This document shows positions 47,512 through 57,430 of a stretch of 64,000 nt of DNA, piece by piece. The stretch is taken from NCBI GenBank assembly GCA_022447825.1, contig JAKUTY010000002.1, positions 11,963 through 75,962 on the forward strand, in the 5' to 3' direction. The DNA comes from SAR202 cluster bacterium (lineage in GTDB: Bacteria > Chloroflexota > Dehalococcoidia > Lucifugimonadales > UBA826). Under the pieces are notes generated by a model. It saw only the letters and a list, made by a program, of their open reading frames with translations, did not search any database and had not been told where the DNA came from. The first letter of the stretch is position 1, and each line of letters starts with the position of its first letter. A program made the position numbers and the translations under genes.

Positions 47512-48999
47512 TTATTTTTTTGTTAAAGCAAATTTTGCAGCATTTTCGCCAGAAATTTTTCCAAATACTGCACCATTCATTAATCCAGATCCCCCAGGAT
47601 AATTATTGTAAAAAATTCCTCCAACTATTTCTCCTGATGCGTAAAGGCCAGTTATTGGCAGGTCAGCATTGTCGATCACTTGTGAATTTGAATTGATTTT
47701 AAGACCGCCAAAAGTAAATGTAATTCCACAAGTCACTGCGTATCCAGTATATGGAGGTTCATCTATTTTTTGAGCCCAATTAGATTTTGGTGGAGTAATT
47801 CCTTCAGTGTGTTTTTGATCTAATATAGTAGGATTAAATTCTCCATCTTGTACAGAATTGTTATACTCATTAATTGTCTTTTCTAGTCCTTGAGGGTCAA
47901 TGTCTAATCCAAGTGCTAGTTCTTTAATAGAATTTGCCTCAAATTTTGTTACTTGATTAATAAAATATTCGTCTCTAAGCAAATGCGTAGTTTTTTGATC
48001 AAAAATTTGGAAAGCTGCTCTTTGAGGTTGATTTAGAATTTCTCTTCCGTATTTTGCGTAAGTATAATTTCTGAAATCAGCTCCTTCATCTACAAATCGG
48101 TCTCCGTTGACATTGACAATTAATCCAAAAATGTAGGAGTGTTTTTGAAATAAGTCAGCTATATTTCTGTCTCCGTAAGCTGGTGAATTTAAGTCCCATG
48201 CAACAGAATGACATCCACTCCAATGTCCTGCTGATTGTGCACCAATATCTAATGCCATATTAATTCCATCACCAGTGTTAAATTGAGTTCCTCGTACTTT
48301 AGCTAATTCCCATCCAGGGCCAAGATAACGGGTTCTCATTTCAGGATTTGCTTCAAATCCACCACATGCTAGTACAACTGAATGACAAGAAATATTTTGA
48401 TATCCTTCAGGTGATTTAATCCTAATGCCACTGATTTGACCTTCATCATTTTGTAAAATTTCTGTAGCAGAACTTTGGTATTTAATATCGATTTCAGATT
48501 TTTTTACAATCTCAAATAGGGAGTCAGATAATCCTTTACCGCCTCCAACTGCCTCTACAATAAGTCCTCCAACAAATCTTCGAATGCCTTCATGTTCGTA
48601 AGATTGCCTACCATATGCAAGTATCCAAGGGACCCCTTGATTTTTCATCCATTCCATAGTGTTAAATGAATTATTTGTTAATGTTTGTAATAGTTCTGAA
48701 TCTGAAAGTCCTTCTGTAACTCGCATTACATCTGAGTAGAATTCAGACTCTGAGTAACTTCCTACATCTAATTTGGATTTTTCTGAATCTGACAGCCCAT
48801 CAATTAGTTTGTCTATATCTTCTATGCCGTTATATGCAAATCTAAATAGTCCTCCAGTAAAATAGGAATTGCCTCCACTGAGATGTTCAGGGGCTTTTTC
48901 TAAAACTATAGTCCTAGCACCTTCTTCTTTTGCGGCTAATGCAGCACATAAGGCTGAGTGTCCTGCCCCTACTACTACTACGTCATAAATTTCATTCAT
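47512..48999 (-). CDS. FAD-dependent oxidoreductase (fumarate reductase flavoprotein / TcuA-like)
   Basis: N-terminal DVVVVGAGHSALCAA...LEK dinucleotide fold and C-terminal GLYASGE FAD motif; 495 aa. Confidence 0.75.
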   Translation of the reverse strand: MNEIYDVVVVGAGHSALCAALAAKEEGARTIVLEKAPEHLSGGNSYFTGGLFRFAYNGIEDIDKLIDGLSDSEKSKLDVGSYSESEFYSDVMRVTEGLSDSELLQTLTNNSFNTMEWMKNQGVPWILAYGRQSYEHEGIRRFVGGLIVEAVGGGKGLSDSLFEIVKKSEIDIKYQSSATEILQNDEGQISGIRIKSPEGYQNISCHSVVLACGGFEANPEMRTRYLGPGWELAKVRGTQFNTGDGINMALDIGAQSAGHWSGCHSVAWDLNSPAYGDRNIADLFQKHSYIFGLIVNVNGDRFVDEGADFRNYTYAKYGREILNQPQRAAFQIFDQKTTHLLRDEYFINQVTKFEANSIKELALGLDIDPQGLEKTINEYNNSVQDGEFNPTILDQKHTEGITPPKSNWAQKIDEPPYTGYAVTCGITFTFGGLKINSNSQVIDNADLPITGLYASGEIVGGIFYNNYPGGSGLMNGAVFGKISGENAAKFALTKK

Positions 49000-49132
49000 T
49001 ATATAAGTTATACCATTAAATATTTGCCTGACTAACTTAATCTAATCTACATGAATAATCAATGTTGCTTGACCCTCAAAATGATACATGGGAAAATTTT
49101 TAACTGTGGTTTAACAAAAGAATAGGTTTTAT

Positions 49133-49657
49133 ATGCATTACAACGTGGCAGGTTTGCTAAAAGAAAGCAGTGGTTATAAATCCATGGAAACTGTTGATGA
49201 TATATTTTTTGTAGAAGAAATGAATCGTCAAGCAGATGCTTTTGGGAAGCTTGTTTTAATAAGAACAGACAAAGGTATCTGGGTAAGTGCAGATTCTGTA
49301 GTTTTAATTGAATTAGATTGTGGTGGATGTTTGAATCAATTTGAATTTCAATTTGAGATAAATTTGGAAGAAGAATTCATTCCTTATATTGATATGAAGA
49401 ACAATTCAATAATTCATATAGAACCCGGAGAAGAGCCTTTCAGGATTGATGCTGACAATATTATAAATTTAGAGGAAGCTTTCTCTCAGTATACTTTTAT
49501 GAAAATTCCATTTTCACCAAGGTGTACTGTTCAATGTAGGGGATTATGTGTAAAGTGTGGTATGGATTTGAACACGCAGAAATGTGATTGCAATACTAAA
49601 CATATTGATCCTAGATGGGCCTCTCTAGTGAATTTGTTAGATTCAAAAAATGATTGA
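49133..49657 (+). CDS. yceD: YceD/DUF177 family protein
   Basis: Position immediately upstream of rpmF; Cys cluster CxxxCxGLCxxCGxxLN typical of DUF177. Confidence 0.75.
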   Translation: MHYNVAGLLKESSGYKSMETVDDIFFVEEMNRQADAFGKLVLIRTDKGIWVSADSVVLIELDCGGCLNQFEFQFEINLEEEFIPYIDMKNNSIIHIEPGEEPFRIDADNIINLEEAFSQYTFMKIPFSPRCTVQCRGLCVKCGMDLNTQKCDCNTKHIDPRWASLVNLLDSKND

Positions 49658-49688
49658 CTTAATAATAGAAATATAAAAAGGAAAAGAT

Positions 49689-49892
49689 ATGCCTCCATTA
49701 CCAAAGAAAAAACATTCTAAAAAGCGTAAAGCTGGGCGAAACGCTCATAATGGAATGAAAAAAGTAACATTTTCAAAGTGCGCTGAACCAGACTGCGATA
49801 GTATGGTAATTCCTCACAGAGTTTGTGTTAAGTGCGGGAAATATGCAGGTCGAGATGTGGTTTCGAATGAAGAAACGCAAGCAGGGTTATAG
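49689..49892 (+). CDS. rpmF: 50S ribosomal protein L32
   Basis: Basic N-terminus PKKKHSKKRK and CxxC zinc knuckle (CVKCGKY); 67 aa. Confidence 0.9.
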   Translation: MPPLPKKKHSKKRKAGRNAHNGMKKVTFSKCAEPDCDSMVIPHRVCVKCGKYAGRDVVSNEETQAGL

Positions 49893-49900
49893 GTCATACT

Positions 49901-50839
49901 ATGAATCAGCAATCTAAATATGCCTTTTTATTTCCCGGCCAAGGTGCTCAAGCTGTAGGGATGGGATATGAGCTTTATCAAGAATCAGATGAAGCAAAAA
50001 CAATTTTTGATTCTATAGATACATCTCTAGGTAGATCTTTGACAAAAATTATGTTTGAAGGTCCTGAAGATGAATTAAGAGAGACAATTAATGCACAGCC
50101 TGCGATTTTGGCAGTAAGTTTGGCTTGTTTACATACTATGCGTTCAGAAATGGGAGATTCTTTTTTATCTACTCCCGCTATGATGGCAGGTCATAGTTTG
50201 GGTGAATACTCTGCTTTGGCCGCATCTGGCGCTTTATCAGTAACAGAAGCATCTCTTCTTGTCCAGAAGCGTGGTGAATTGATGCAGCTTGCATGTGATC
50301 AAAATCCTGGAACAATGGCTGCTATATTGGGAATGGATCAAGAAGAAATTTTTAAAATTGCAAAAACTTCAGGTACATATGTTTCTAATATTAATACCCA
50401 AGAGCAAATAGTAATAAGTGGTGAAAAAGAAAAAATTCAAATCGCCATGGATATGGCTTCAGAAAAAGGAGCTAAACGTGTTATTCCTTTGAATGTGGGT
50501 GGAGCATTTCATTCTGGGTTGATGGAACCAGCAAGAGATGGTTTAGCAGCAGCAGTTGAGAGTGTTAAATTGGTTAATTCAAGCATTCCTATAGTTGCAA
50601 ATTGTACCGCTAAACCTGTTTCAGAATCTTCTGATATTAAAGAAGAATTGGTAACTCAAATTTCTGGATGTGTAAATTGGAGACAGACAATTGAGTTTAT
50701 GATTGACGAAGGTGTTACTGATTTTTATGAAATTGGTCCGGGCAGAGCTTTAAGCGGAATGGTTAAAAAAATTAATAAAGAAATGAATACTTATAATATC
50801 TCTGATTTGGCTTCAATTAGAGAATTAAAGAATACTTAA
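49901..50839 (+). CDS. fabD: malonyl-CoA:ACP transacylase
   Basis: FLFPGQGAQ and active-site GHSLGEYSAL, plus GAFHS. Confidence 0.92.
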   Translation: MNQQSKYAFLFPGQGAQAVGMGYELYQESDEAKTIFDSIDTSLGRSLTKIMFEGPEDELRETINAQPAILAVSLACLHTMRSEMGDSFLSTPAMMAGHSLGEYSALAASGALSVTEASLLVQKRGELMQLACDQNPGTMAAILGMDQEEIFKIAKTSGTYVSNINTQEQIVISGEKEKIQIAMDMASEKGAKRVIPLNVGGAFHSGLMEPARDGLAAAVESVKLVNSSIPIVANCTAKPVSESSDIKEELVTQISGCVNWRQTIEFMIDEGVTDFYEIGPGRALSGMVKKINKEMNTYNISDLASIRELKNT

Positions 50840-50840
50840 A

Positions 50841-51260
50841 GTGGTCAGTGTGGAAAATGTAAACACTAAATCTGATGCTAGGACTGTAATTTTGCAATGT
50901 TTGTGTGAATATGATCTTGTGGATCATGATATAGTTCCATTGGTATCTAGAGTTTTTGATAGTTCTGTATTTTCAAAGGATGCAACTCAGTTTTTAAAAC
51001 AGACTATTGAAAAAGTTCAAGGTAATAAATCTGCTATTGATCAAATAATTAGTCATAACGCACCTACGTGGCCGATAGACCAATTACCTACCGTAGATAG
51101 AAATATACTTAGATTAGCCCTTGCGGAGATAATTTGGGTAAAACAAGCTCCATCTGCAGTTGTGGTTAATGAAGCAGTAGAATTAGCAAAAGTTTTTGGG
51201 TCTGAAGGATCATCAAAGTTTGTAAATGGTGTTCTGGGATCTTATTTAAAAGATAATTAA
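50841..51260 (+). CDS. nusB: transcription antitermination factor NusB
   Basis: C-terminal [27 protein letters not shown] motif typical of NusB. GTG start. Confidence 0.8.
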   Translation: MVSVENVNTKSDARTVILQCLCEYDLVDHDIVPLVSRVFDSSVFSKDATQFLKQTIEKVQGNKSAIDQIISHNAPTWPIDQLPTVDRNILRLALAEIIWVKQAPSAVVVNEAVELAKVFGSEGSSKFVNGVLGSYLKDN

Positions 51261-51277
51261 TATTGGGGGTAACACAA

Positions 51278-51532
51278 ATGTCACTTTTAGAGAAAGTACA
51301 AGCAGTAGTAGCAGACAAATTAAGTATTGACCAATCGGAAGTGGTTCCTGAAGCTTCTTTTACAGAGGACTTGAACGCAGACTCTTTAGATTTGGTTGAA
51401 TTAATTATGGCTTTTGAAGAAGAATTTTCTGACGGAGATGTAGAAATTGAAATCTCTGATGAGGACGCAGAAGGAATTACTACTGTACAGGCTGCTATCG
51501 ATTATTTGCAGGCTCATGGTGTAGAAGGATAA
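51278..51532 (+). CDS. acpP: acyl carrier protein
   Basis: Phosphopantetheine site [19 protein letters not shown]. Start set to ATG 51278 (MSLLEKV), behind GGGGGT. Confidence 0.92.
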   Translation: MSLLEKVQAVVADKLSIDQSEVVPEASFTEDLNADSLDLVELIMAFEEEFSDGDVEIEISDEDAEGITTVQAAIDYLQAHGVEG

Positions 51533-51539
51533 TTTTCTT

Positions 51540-51974
51540 TTACAAATTGTCTAAATACGACTGAAGTATTACCGTAGCTGAAGCAGAATCAATTAAATTT
51601 TTAGGAATTCTTTTCTTAGATTTTTTCGATTTGTTTAAATTTATTGATTCTAATATTTTCTTTTTGGCTTCAATAGTAGAAAATCTTTCATCAATGGTAA
51701 TTATTGGAATTTTTGTGTGATTAGAAATTTCTCTAATAAAAGTTTGTGTTTTATTAAATTGCGTACCTTTTGATCCTGAAGGTAAGTATGGAAGTCCAAT
51801 TAAAATAGAAGCAGCGTTAGCTCGATCTATGCATTCTATAATTTCACTTAATGCATTGATAGTTTTGATTGTTTTCAGTGGAGAGGCTAAAGTTTTAGTT
51901 GGGTCGCTAATTGCAATTCCTATTCGGGATTCGCCTACATCCAAAGCCAATATGGGTTGTTGATCATTTTGCAT
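51540..51974 (-). CDS. ruvX: Holliday-junction resolvase-like RuvX/YqgF
   Basis: ILALDVGESRIGIAISD N-terminal motif and DERFST motif. Confidence 0.85.
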   Translation of the reverse strand: MQNDQQPILALDVGESRIGIAISDPTKTLASPLKTIKTINALSEIIECIDRANAASILIGLPYLPSGSKGTQFNKTQTFIREISNHTKIPIITIDERFSTIEAKKKILESINLNKSKKSKKRIPKNLIDSASATVILQSYLDNL

Positions 51975-54633
51975 TTAATTGTTCTTGAATAATATTAGGG
52001 ACTAATGCAATTGCATCTTGCAATTTGTTGGAATTTTTGCCTCCTGCTTGAGCTGAATCTGCTCTTCCGCCCCCACCGCCCTCTAGTATAGATGCAATTT
52101 TTTTAGCGATATCTGAACAGTTAACTCCTTTTTCAATTGGATCTTTTGAAGCTACAATTATAACTATTGGGTTGTCGTTTATAACTGCACTTAAGCAAAC
52201 TACACCGTTCTGAATTTTATCTTTGAGCCAGTCTCCCATATTTCGAAGTGTTTCTTGTGAGGATGCCTGAGTTATTGAGGAAATAATTTTAAATCCGTTA
52301 ATCTCATATGTTTCATTTAATAGGCTTTCAGCAGATAGAATTGATAATTCAGATTCTAATTTACTTTTTTCATTATTAGATTGTTCTAATTGTTGTATGA
52401 GAGCTAGAATTCTATCTTCAATTTGAGAAGGATTTGTTTGAAGTAGTTGTGAGATTTTTGAATCAGTTATTGTTTTTTCCCAAATCATTTTTTCGGCAGC
52501 CTCACCGCTTACAGCTTCTATTCTTCTCATCCCTGAACCGATACTAGATTCGTTTAAAATTATGACAGTTCCTAATTCTCCAGTACGTGCAGCATGTGTC
52601 CCTCCGCATACTTCAAAGCTAAAGGTTGTCCCATTTGAAATTTCAATTAATCGGACATTTTCTTCATATTTATCACCAAAAAAAGCCAAGGCTCCTCTTC
52701 GTATAGCCTCTGCATATGTATCCTCACCTTTAATAATTTCAGAATTATGGCGAATTTTTTGATTGACTAAATGTTGGACATTCCATAACTCTTCCTCAGT
52801 TAATGCTTGGAAATGGCTGAAGTCAAATCTTAATCTTTCAGAAGTTACTAATGATCCAGCTTGACGTACATGATCTCCTAAAACCTCGCGTAATGCAGCA
52901 TGAAGCATATGAGTGGCAGTATGATTTCTGCCAGTGTTGATTCGTTTTTGAGGGTCTACTTCAGCAGAAACACTTTCTCCCACTGAAAGTGTTCCGTTAA
53001 TGATTTTTCCGTAATGTACAGTCAAACCTGGTATTGCTTGTTGAGTATCAGTTATCTCAATTTCACAATTTGGGGAGATGATTTTTCCTGTGTCGCCAAC
53101 TTGACCTCCTCCCTCAGAATAAAAAGGAGTTTCTTGTAAAAGTATCTCTACTGAATTGCCAGGTACAGAGATTTTGTCTACAGAAACATCATTGGAAAGT
53201 AAGCCTACTACAACAGATTGATTTGTTGTGGTTTCGTACCCTAAAAATTTAGTTGTACCTATTCCTAGGCTATCGTAAATTCTTAGTTTTGCATTGTCGT
53301 CTTTAAATTGCGATTTTGATCTAGCTCTATTGCGTTGCTTTTCCATTTCTGACTGGAAAGAGACTAAATCAACTGAAACATTATTTTCAATTGCTATTTC
53401 TTCAGTCATTTCTATTGGGAAACCATAGGTGTCCCAAAGTTTAAATGCTATTTCTCCAGATAATTCTGAGACATTTTCTAATGAACTTTGAAGCATATTT
53501 AATCCATTTTCAAATGCTTGTTCAAATTTTTCTTCTTCAAGCTGAAGTACAGTTTGAACAAATTCTTTGTGTTGAATTAATTCTGGGTAGGTCACCCCCA
53601 TTTTATTAGTTACTTCGGAAGATAATTCTTTTAAAAATTGACCTTCAATCCCTATTTTTTTTGCTAATCGTATTGCTCTTCTTATTACCCTTCGCAATAC
53701 ATATCCCCTACCTTCGTTACTAGGGATAACGCCATCAGTAGTTAAAAATGTACAACTTCTTGAATGTTCAGCAATTCCTCTGATTGCATAATCATTATCA
53801 AGGCTTTGCCCATACTTTACGCCACTTAATTTTTCGATTTTTTGTATTAGACTTTTAAAAATATCGGTTTCATACATAGTTTCAGCATTTTGCATGATTA
53901 TTGTAAGTCTTTCTAATCCCATTCCTGTATCTATGCTTGGAGCAGGCAAAGGTGACCTTTCCCCAGATGGATGATGATAATACTGCATGAAAACTAGGTT
54001 CCAAAGTTCTACAAATCGCGTGCATTTTTCTTTCGATTTCATTACGTTTTCACAATTGGGCTTACAGTCTTGTTTTAAGCACCCACGATTTTGTCCGAAA
54101 TCATAATGAAGTTCACTGCATGGGCCACATGGACCTTCATCACCGTGAATTGGAGGGCCCCACCAATTGTCTGTGTCTCCAAATTTAAAGATTCGATCTT
54201 TAGTAATCCCTGCCTGTACCCACAAGTTTAAAGCCTCATCGTCAGTGTGATGAACAGTGATCGCAAAATCTTCTTTTGGTAATCCCATTGAAATTGTTAA
54301 AAACTCTAAAGCATATGAAATTACTTCTTCTTTAAAATAATCGCCAATGCTGAAATTGCCAAGCATTTCAAACATAGTGTTATGTGTAGCGTCTCCAACC
54401 TCGTCTATATCAGGAGTTCTAAAACATTTTTGCGAGGATGTTAATCTTCTATTTGGCGGCTCTTGTAGGCCTGCAAAGTAAGGTTTAAATTGGTTCATTC
54501 CAGCTATAGTAAGTAGTAGAGTTGGGTCTCCAACTGGAATTAATGATGAACTTGCAACTTTTAAATGATTTTTAGATTCAAAAAATGATAAAAACGATTC
54601 TCTGATTTCATCGCTAGTCATAGTGGTAGGCAT
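51964..54633 (-). CDS. alaS: alanine--tRNA ligase
   Basis: Class II AlaRS motifs (FEMLGNFSIGDYFK, WWGPP), editing-domain HTATHMLH and C-terminal GGGGGR DHHA1 region; 889 aa. Confidence 0.97.
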   Translation of the reverse strand: MPTTMTSDEIRESFLSFFESKNHLKVASSSLIPVGDPTLLLTIAGMNQFKPYFAGLQEPPNRRLTSSQKCFRTPDIDEVGDATHNTMFEMLGNFSIGDYFKEEVISYALEFLTISMGLPKEDFAITVHHTDDEALNLWVQAGITKDRIFKFGDTDNWWGPPIHGDEGPCGPCSELHYDFGQNRGCLKQDCKPNCENVMKSKEKCTRFVELWNLVFMQYYHHPSGERSPLPAPSIDTGMGLERLTIIMQNAETMYETDIFKSLIQKIEKLSGVKYGQSLDNDYAIRGIAEHSRSCTFLTTDGVIPSNEGRGYVLRRVIRRAIRLAKKIGIEGQFLKELSSEVTNKMGVTYPELIQHKEFVQTVLQLEEEKFEQAFENGLNMLQSSLENVSELSGEIAFKLWDTYGFPIEMTEEIAIENNVSVDLVSFQSEMEKQRNRARSKSQFKDDNAKLRIYDSLGIGTTKFLGYETTTNQSVVVGLLSNDVSVDKISVPGNSVEILLQETPFYSEGGGQVGDTGKIISPNCEIEITDTQQAIPGLTVHYGKIINGTLSVGESVSAEVDPQKRINTGRNHTATHMLHAALREVLGDHVRQAGSLVTSERLRFDFSHFQALTEEELWNVQHLVNQKIRHNSEIIKGEDTYAEAIRRGALAFFGDKYEENVRLIEISNGTTFSFEVCGGTHAARTGELGTVIILNESSIGSGMRRIEAVSGEAAEKMIWEKTITDSKISQLLQTNPSQIEDRILALIQQLEQSNNEKSKLESELSILSAESLLNETYEINGFKIISSITQASSQETLRNMGDWLKDKIQNGVVCLSAVINDNPIVIIVASKDPIEKGVNCSDIAKKIASILEGGGGGRADSAQAGGKNSNKLQDAIALVPNIIQEQLNAK

Positions 54634-54724
54634 ATTGATCCTTTAGTAAATTCAGTACTTAAAGTATACTATTTTCCGATAATTACACTTAGTATACCAA
54701 GACAATTAAGGATAATATTTTTTA

Positions 54725-55780
54725 ATGAGTAACCAAAAAAGCCATGTTGAAGAATTAGGTTTTTCTTCAAAACACTTGTTTAGCCCTCTAGAACTAGTAG
54801 ACAGATTTCCTAGATCAGAAACTGCATCTAAAACAGTTCAGAGTGGTAGAGAAACTATTCACCAGATTTTAAATGGTGATGATAAGAGATTGATGATAAT
54901 TACTGGGCCATGTTCTGTGCATGATGAAGAAGTAGCTTTGGATTATGCTAGAAGACTAGTTGAATTAAGAGATCAACTTAGTGACCAAATATATTTGGTG
55001 ATGAGAGTATATTTTGAAAAGCCAAGGACAACTGTAGGTTGGAAAGGCTTAATTAACGACCCTAACCTTGATGAGACTTTTGATATCCCGCAAGGCTTAC
55101 AAAGAGCTAGAAGGCTTTTAAGAGAAATCAATGATATGGGGATGCCTGCTGCAAGTGAATTTTTAGATCCTGTTGTTCCGCATTACATAGAAGATTTAGT
55201 TTCTTGGGTAGCTATTGGTGCTAGAACCACAGAAAGTCAAACACATCGCCAAATGGCTAGTGCTATAGGCATTCCGGTAGGATTTAAGAATGCAACTGAT
55301 GGTAGTTTACAAACCGCTATAGATGGAATTAATGCTGCTCGTCAAAGTCATTCATATGTTGGGACAGGACCTGACGGACATGTTTGTGTCTTGAGAACCG
55401 ATGGCAATCCTGATGGTCACTTGGTATTAAGAGGTGGTAGGAGTGGTACTAATTACGATTCTAAGTCAGTTCAGCAAGCTACAGATTCTCTAGATTCAAA
55501 TGGGTTGCCAAAAGGTTTGGTGATAGATTGTAGTCATGCTAATTCTGATAAAGACCATGAAAAACAACCAGGGGTTTTTGAGGATGTTATCACTCAAAGA
55601 GTGAATGGTAACGAATCTATTGTTGGAGTTATGCTTGAGAGTAATATTAATCCCGGTGCACAAAAATTGGGCAACAATCCATCTGCATTGGAATATGGCG
55701 TTTCTATTACTGATGCTTGTGTTGGTTGGAGTAAAACTGCAGAAATTTTGAAATGGGCAGATTCTCAATTGAATGGTTAG
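54725..55780 (+). CDS. aroG: 3-deoxy-7-phosphoheptulonate (DAHP) synthase, class I
   Basis: GPCSVHD, KPRTTVGWKGLINDP and IDCSHANS motifs; 351 aa. Isozyme type is not assignable. Confidence 0.9.
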   Translation: MSNQKSHVEELGFSSKHLFSPLELVDRFPRSETASKTVQSGRETIHQILNGDDKRLMIITGPCSVHDEEVALDYARRLVELRDQLSDQIYLVMRVYFEKPRTTVGWKGLINDPNLDETFDIPQGLQRARRLLREINDMGMPAASEFLDPVVPHYIEDLVSWVAIGARTTESQTHRQMASAIGIPVGFKNATDGSLQTAIDGINAARQSHSYVGTGPDGHVCVLRTDGNPDGHLVLRGGRSGTNYDSKSVQQATDSLDSNGLPKGLVIDCSHANSDKDHEKQPGVFEDVITQRVNGNESIVGVMLESNINPGAQKLGNNPSALEYGVSITDACVGWSKTAEILKWADSQLNG

Positions 55781-55783
55781 TGC

Positions 55784-57070
55784 TCACCATAATTTCATAG
55801 AATCCAAAAATAGTTGCTCTAGATCTTTTTCATCCACGCTTCTAGGTGAAAGCTTTATTACTCTATGCTGAGGGACTGCTCCCGTAGCAAGAGCTTTAGC
55901 ATCTTCATTTTTGAACCCTACAGCAGATAATCCGTTAGGAATATCTATTTGTTTAATTAGATTTATTATAGTTTCTGCCAATATGTCGCCTGCGTCTTCT
56001 AGGTTGGCATGCTTGATGTCTGCTCCCATTAATTGGGCGGCTTCTAAGTGTCTTTCTGGGTTTGATGGAGCTGTGTATCTGAAAACTGCAGGAGCATTAA
56101 GTATTACCGACATTCCATGAGGAACTATAGGTTTATCCGTAGGATAGCCTTCTACAAGGTTGTTTGTAACCATACCAGCTACTGGATAACTCATTCCGTG
56201 AGGTAAATGGCATCCAGCATTTCCAAATCCCACACCTGCAAAAGTAGCGGCTAGCATCATTTCACTTCTTGATTCAAAATCATTAGCATTATGGACTGCC
56301 GAGACTATGTTTTTTGAGCACATTTGTATAGCTTTAGCAGCCCATACATCACTTATAGGGTTTGATCCTTGGTATGCAGGTCTAAATTCTGGAGATGATG
56401 GAGCTTCTCTCATGCTGAATGGCATAGCGGTGAATGATTCTAGCCCATGAGATAAAAGATCTAATCCACTGCAAGCTTGTACCATTCTTGGCATTGTGAT
56501 TGAGTTGTTAGGATCAACTAAACCAACATTTGGTCTTAAGTATCTGTGGGCAATTCCTGTTTTGGCTTTCATACTAATCAGGTCAAAAATGGCTACTCCA
56601 GTAGTTTCGCTTCCTGTTCCACCTGTTGTAGGAATAGCTACTAAGGGTTTTAGAGGGCCTGGGACTGGAGTTCCTGATCCTATAGGAGCATTTACATATG
56701 TTAGAAATTCTGCAGGATGTGTAGTGTAAAGGTTCGCTGCTTTTGCTGTATCAATACTTGAACCGCCTCCAATAGCTACAAATCCGTCAAAATTCCCTTG
56801 AGATGCATATTTAATACATTCTTTAAATGAAATATCAGTGGGTTCTACATGTACCTGATCAAATATAGATACAGAAATTTTTTCAGATTCTAGAGATCTT
56901 TTAGACATTTCAACAGGTTCAGAATTTGAAAGATTTGGGTCTGTAACTATTAAAACATTTTTTGCTCCTAGTCGTTTCATTTCAAATCCAACTTCTTGGG
57001 TAATTCCAACCCCAAATTTAATTTGAGAAGTGTCAATACTAAACCCAGTTTCAAAAATTGTTTTATCCAT
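55784..57070 (-). CDS. iron-containing alcohol dehydrogenase family (hydroxyacid-oxoacid transhydrogenase-like)
   Basis: AIGGGSSIDTAKAA motif and His-rich metal site (GCHLPHGMS); 428 aa. Confidence 0.85.
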   Translation of the reverse strand: MDKTIFETGFSIDTSQIKFGVGITQEVGFEMKRLGAKNVLIVTDPNLSNSEPVEMSKRSLESEKISVSIFDQVHVEPTDISFKECIKYASQGNFDGFVAIGGGSSIDTAKAANLYTTHPAEFLTYVNAPIGSGTPVPGPLKPLVAIPTTGGTGSETTGVAIFDLISMKAKTGIAHRYLRPNVGLVDPNNSITMPRMVQACSGLDLLSHGLESFTAMPFSMREAPSSPEFRPAYQGSNPISDVWAAKAIQMCSKNIVSAVHNANDFESRSEMMLAATFAGVGFGNAGCHLPHGMSYPVAGMVTNNLVEGYPTDKPIVPHGMSVILNAPAVFRYTAPSNPERHLEAAQLMGADIKHANLEDAGDILAETIINLIKQIDIPNGLSAVGFKNEDAKALATGAVPQHRVIKLSPRSVDEKDLEQLFLDSMKLW

Positions 57071-57088
57071 TTTAAATTCCTTATAAAT

Positions 57089-57430
57089 TTAGTCTATATA
57101 CATTCCAAGTGCTCTCCCTCCAAGTAAATGAAGATGTGCATGAGGTTGAGATTGCATACCGTCATTGCCAAAATTAGAGAGGATTCTATATCCGTTTGGG
57201 CATAACTTTTTACCTAAATCATTAGCGCACTTGCCCATTTTAGATAAAAGTTCACCAGAGTTCCACAATTCATACTGAGTTAAGTGATTTGTGGGAACAA
57301 TCAATAGCTGAGTTGGCAACCAATTTAGGTTGTTTTCAAATACTACGAAATCTTCAGATCTATAGTGGAATTTAGCTGGAGATTGATCAGAAATTATTTC
57401 GCAAAAAATACAACTTTGGGAATCATCCAT
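57089..57430 (-). CDS. HIT-family nucleotide hydrolase/transferase
   Basis: CIFCEI N-terminus and histidine triad HAHLHLLGG. Confidence 0.85.
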   Translation of the reverse strand: MDDSQSCIFCEIISDQSPAKFHYRSEDFVVFENNLNWLPTQLLIVPTNHLTQYELWNSGELLSKMGKCANDLGKKLCPNGYRILSNFGNDGMQSQPHAHLHLLGGRALGMYID

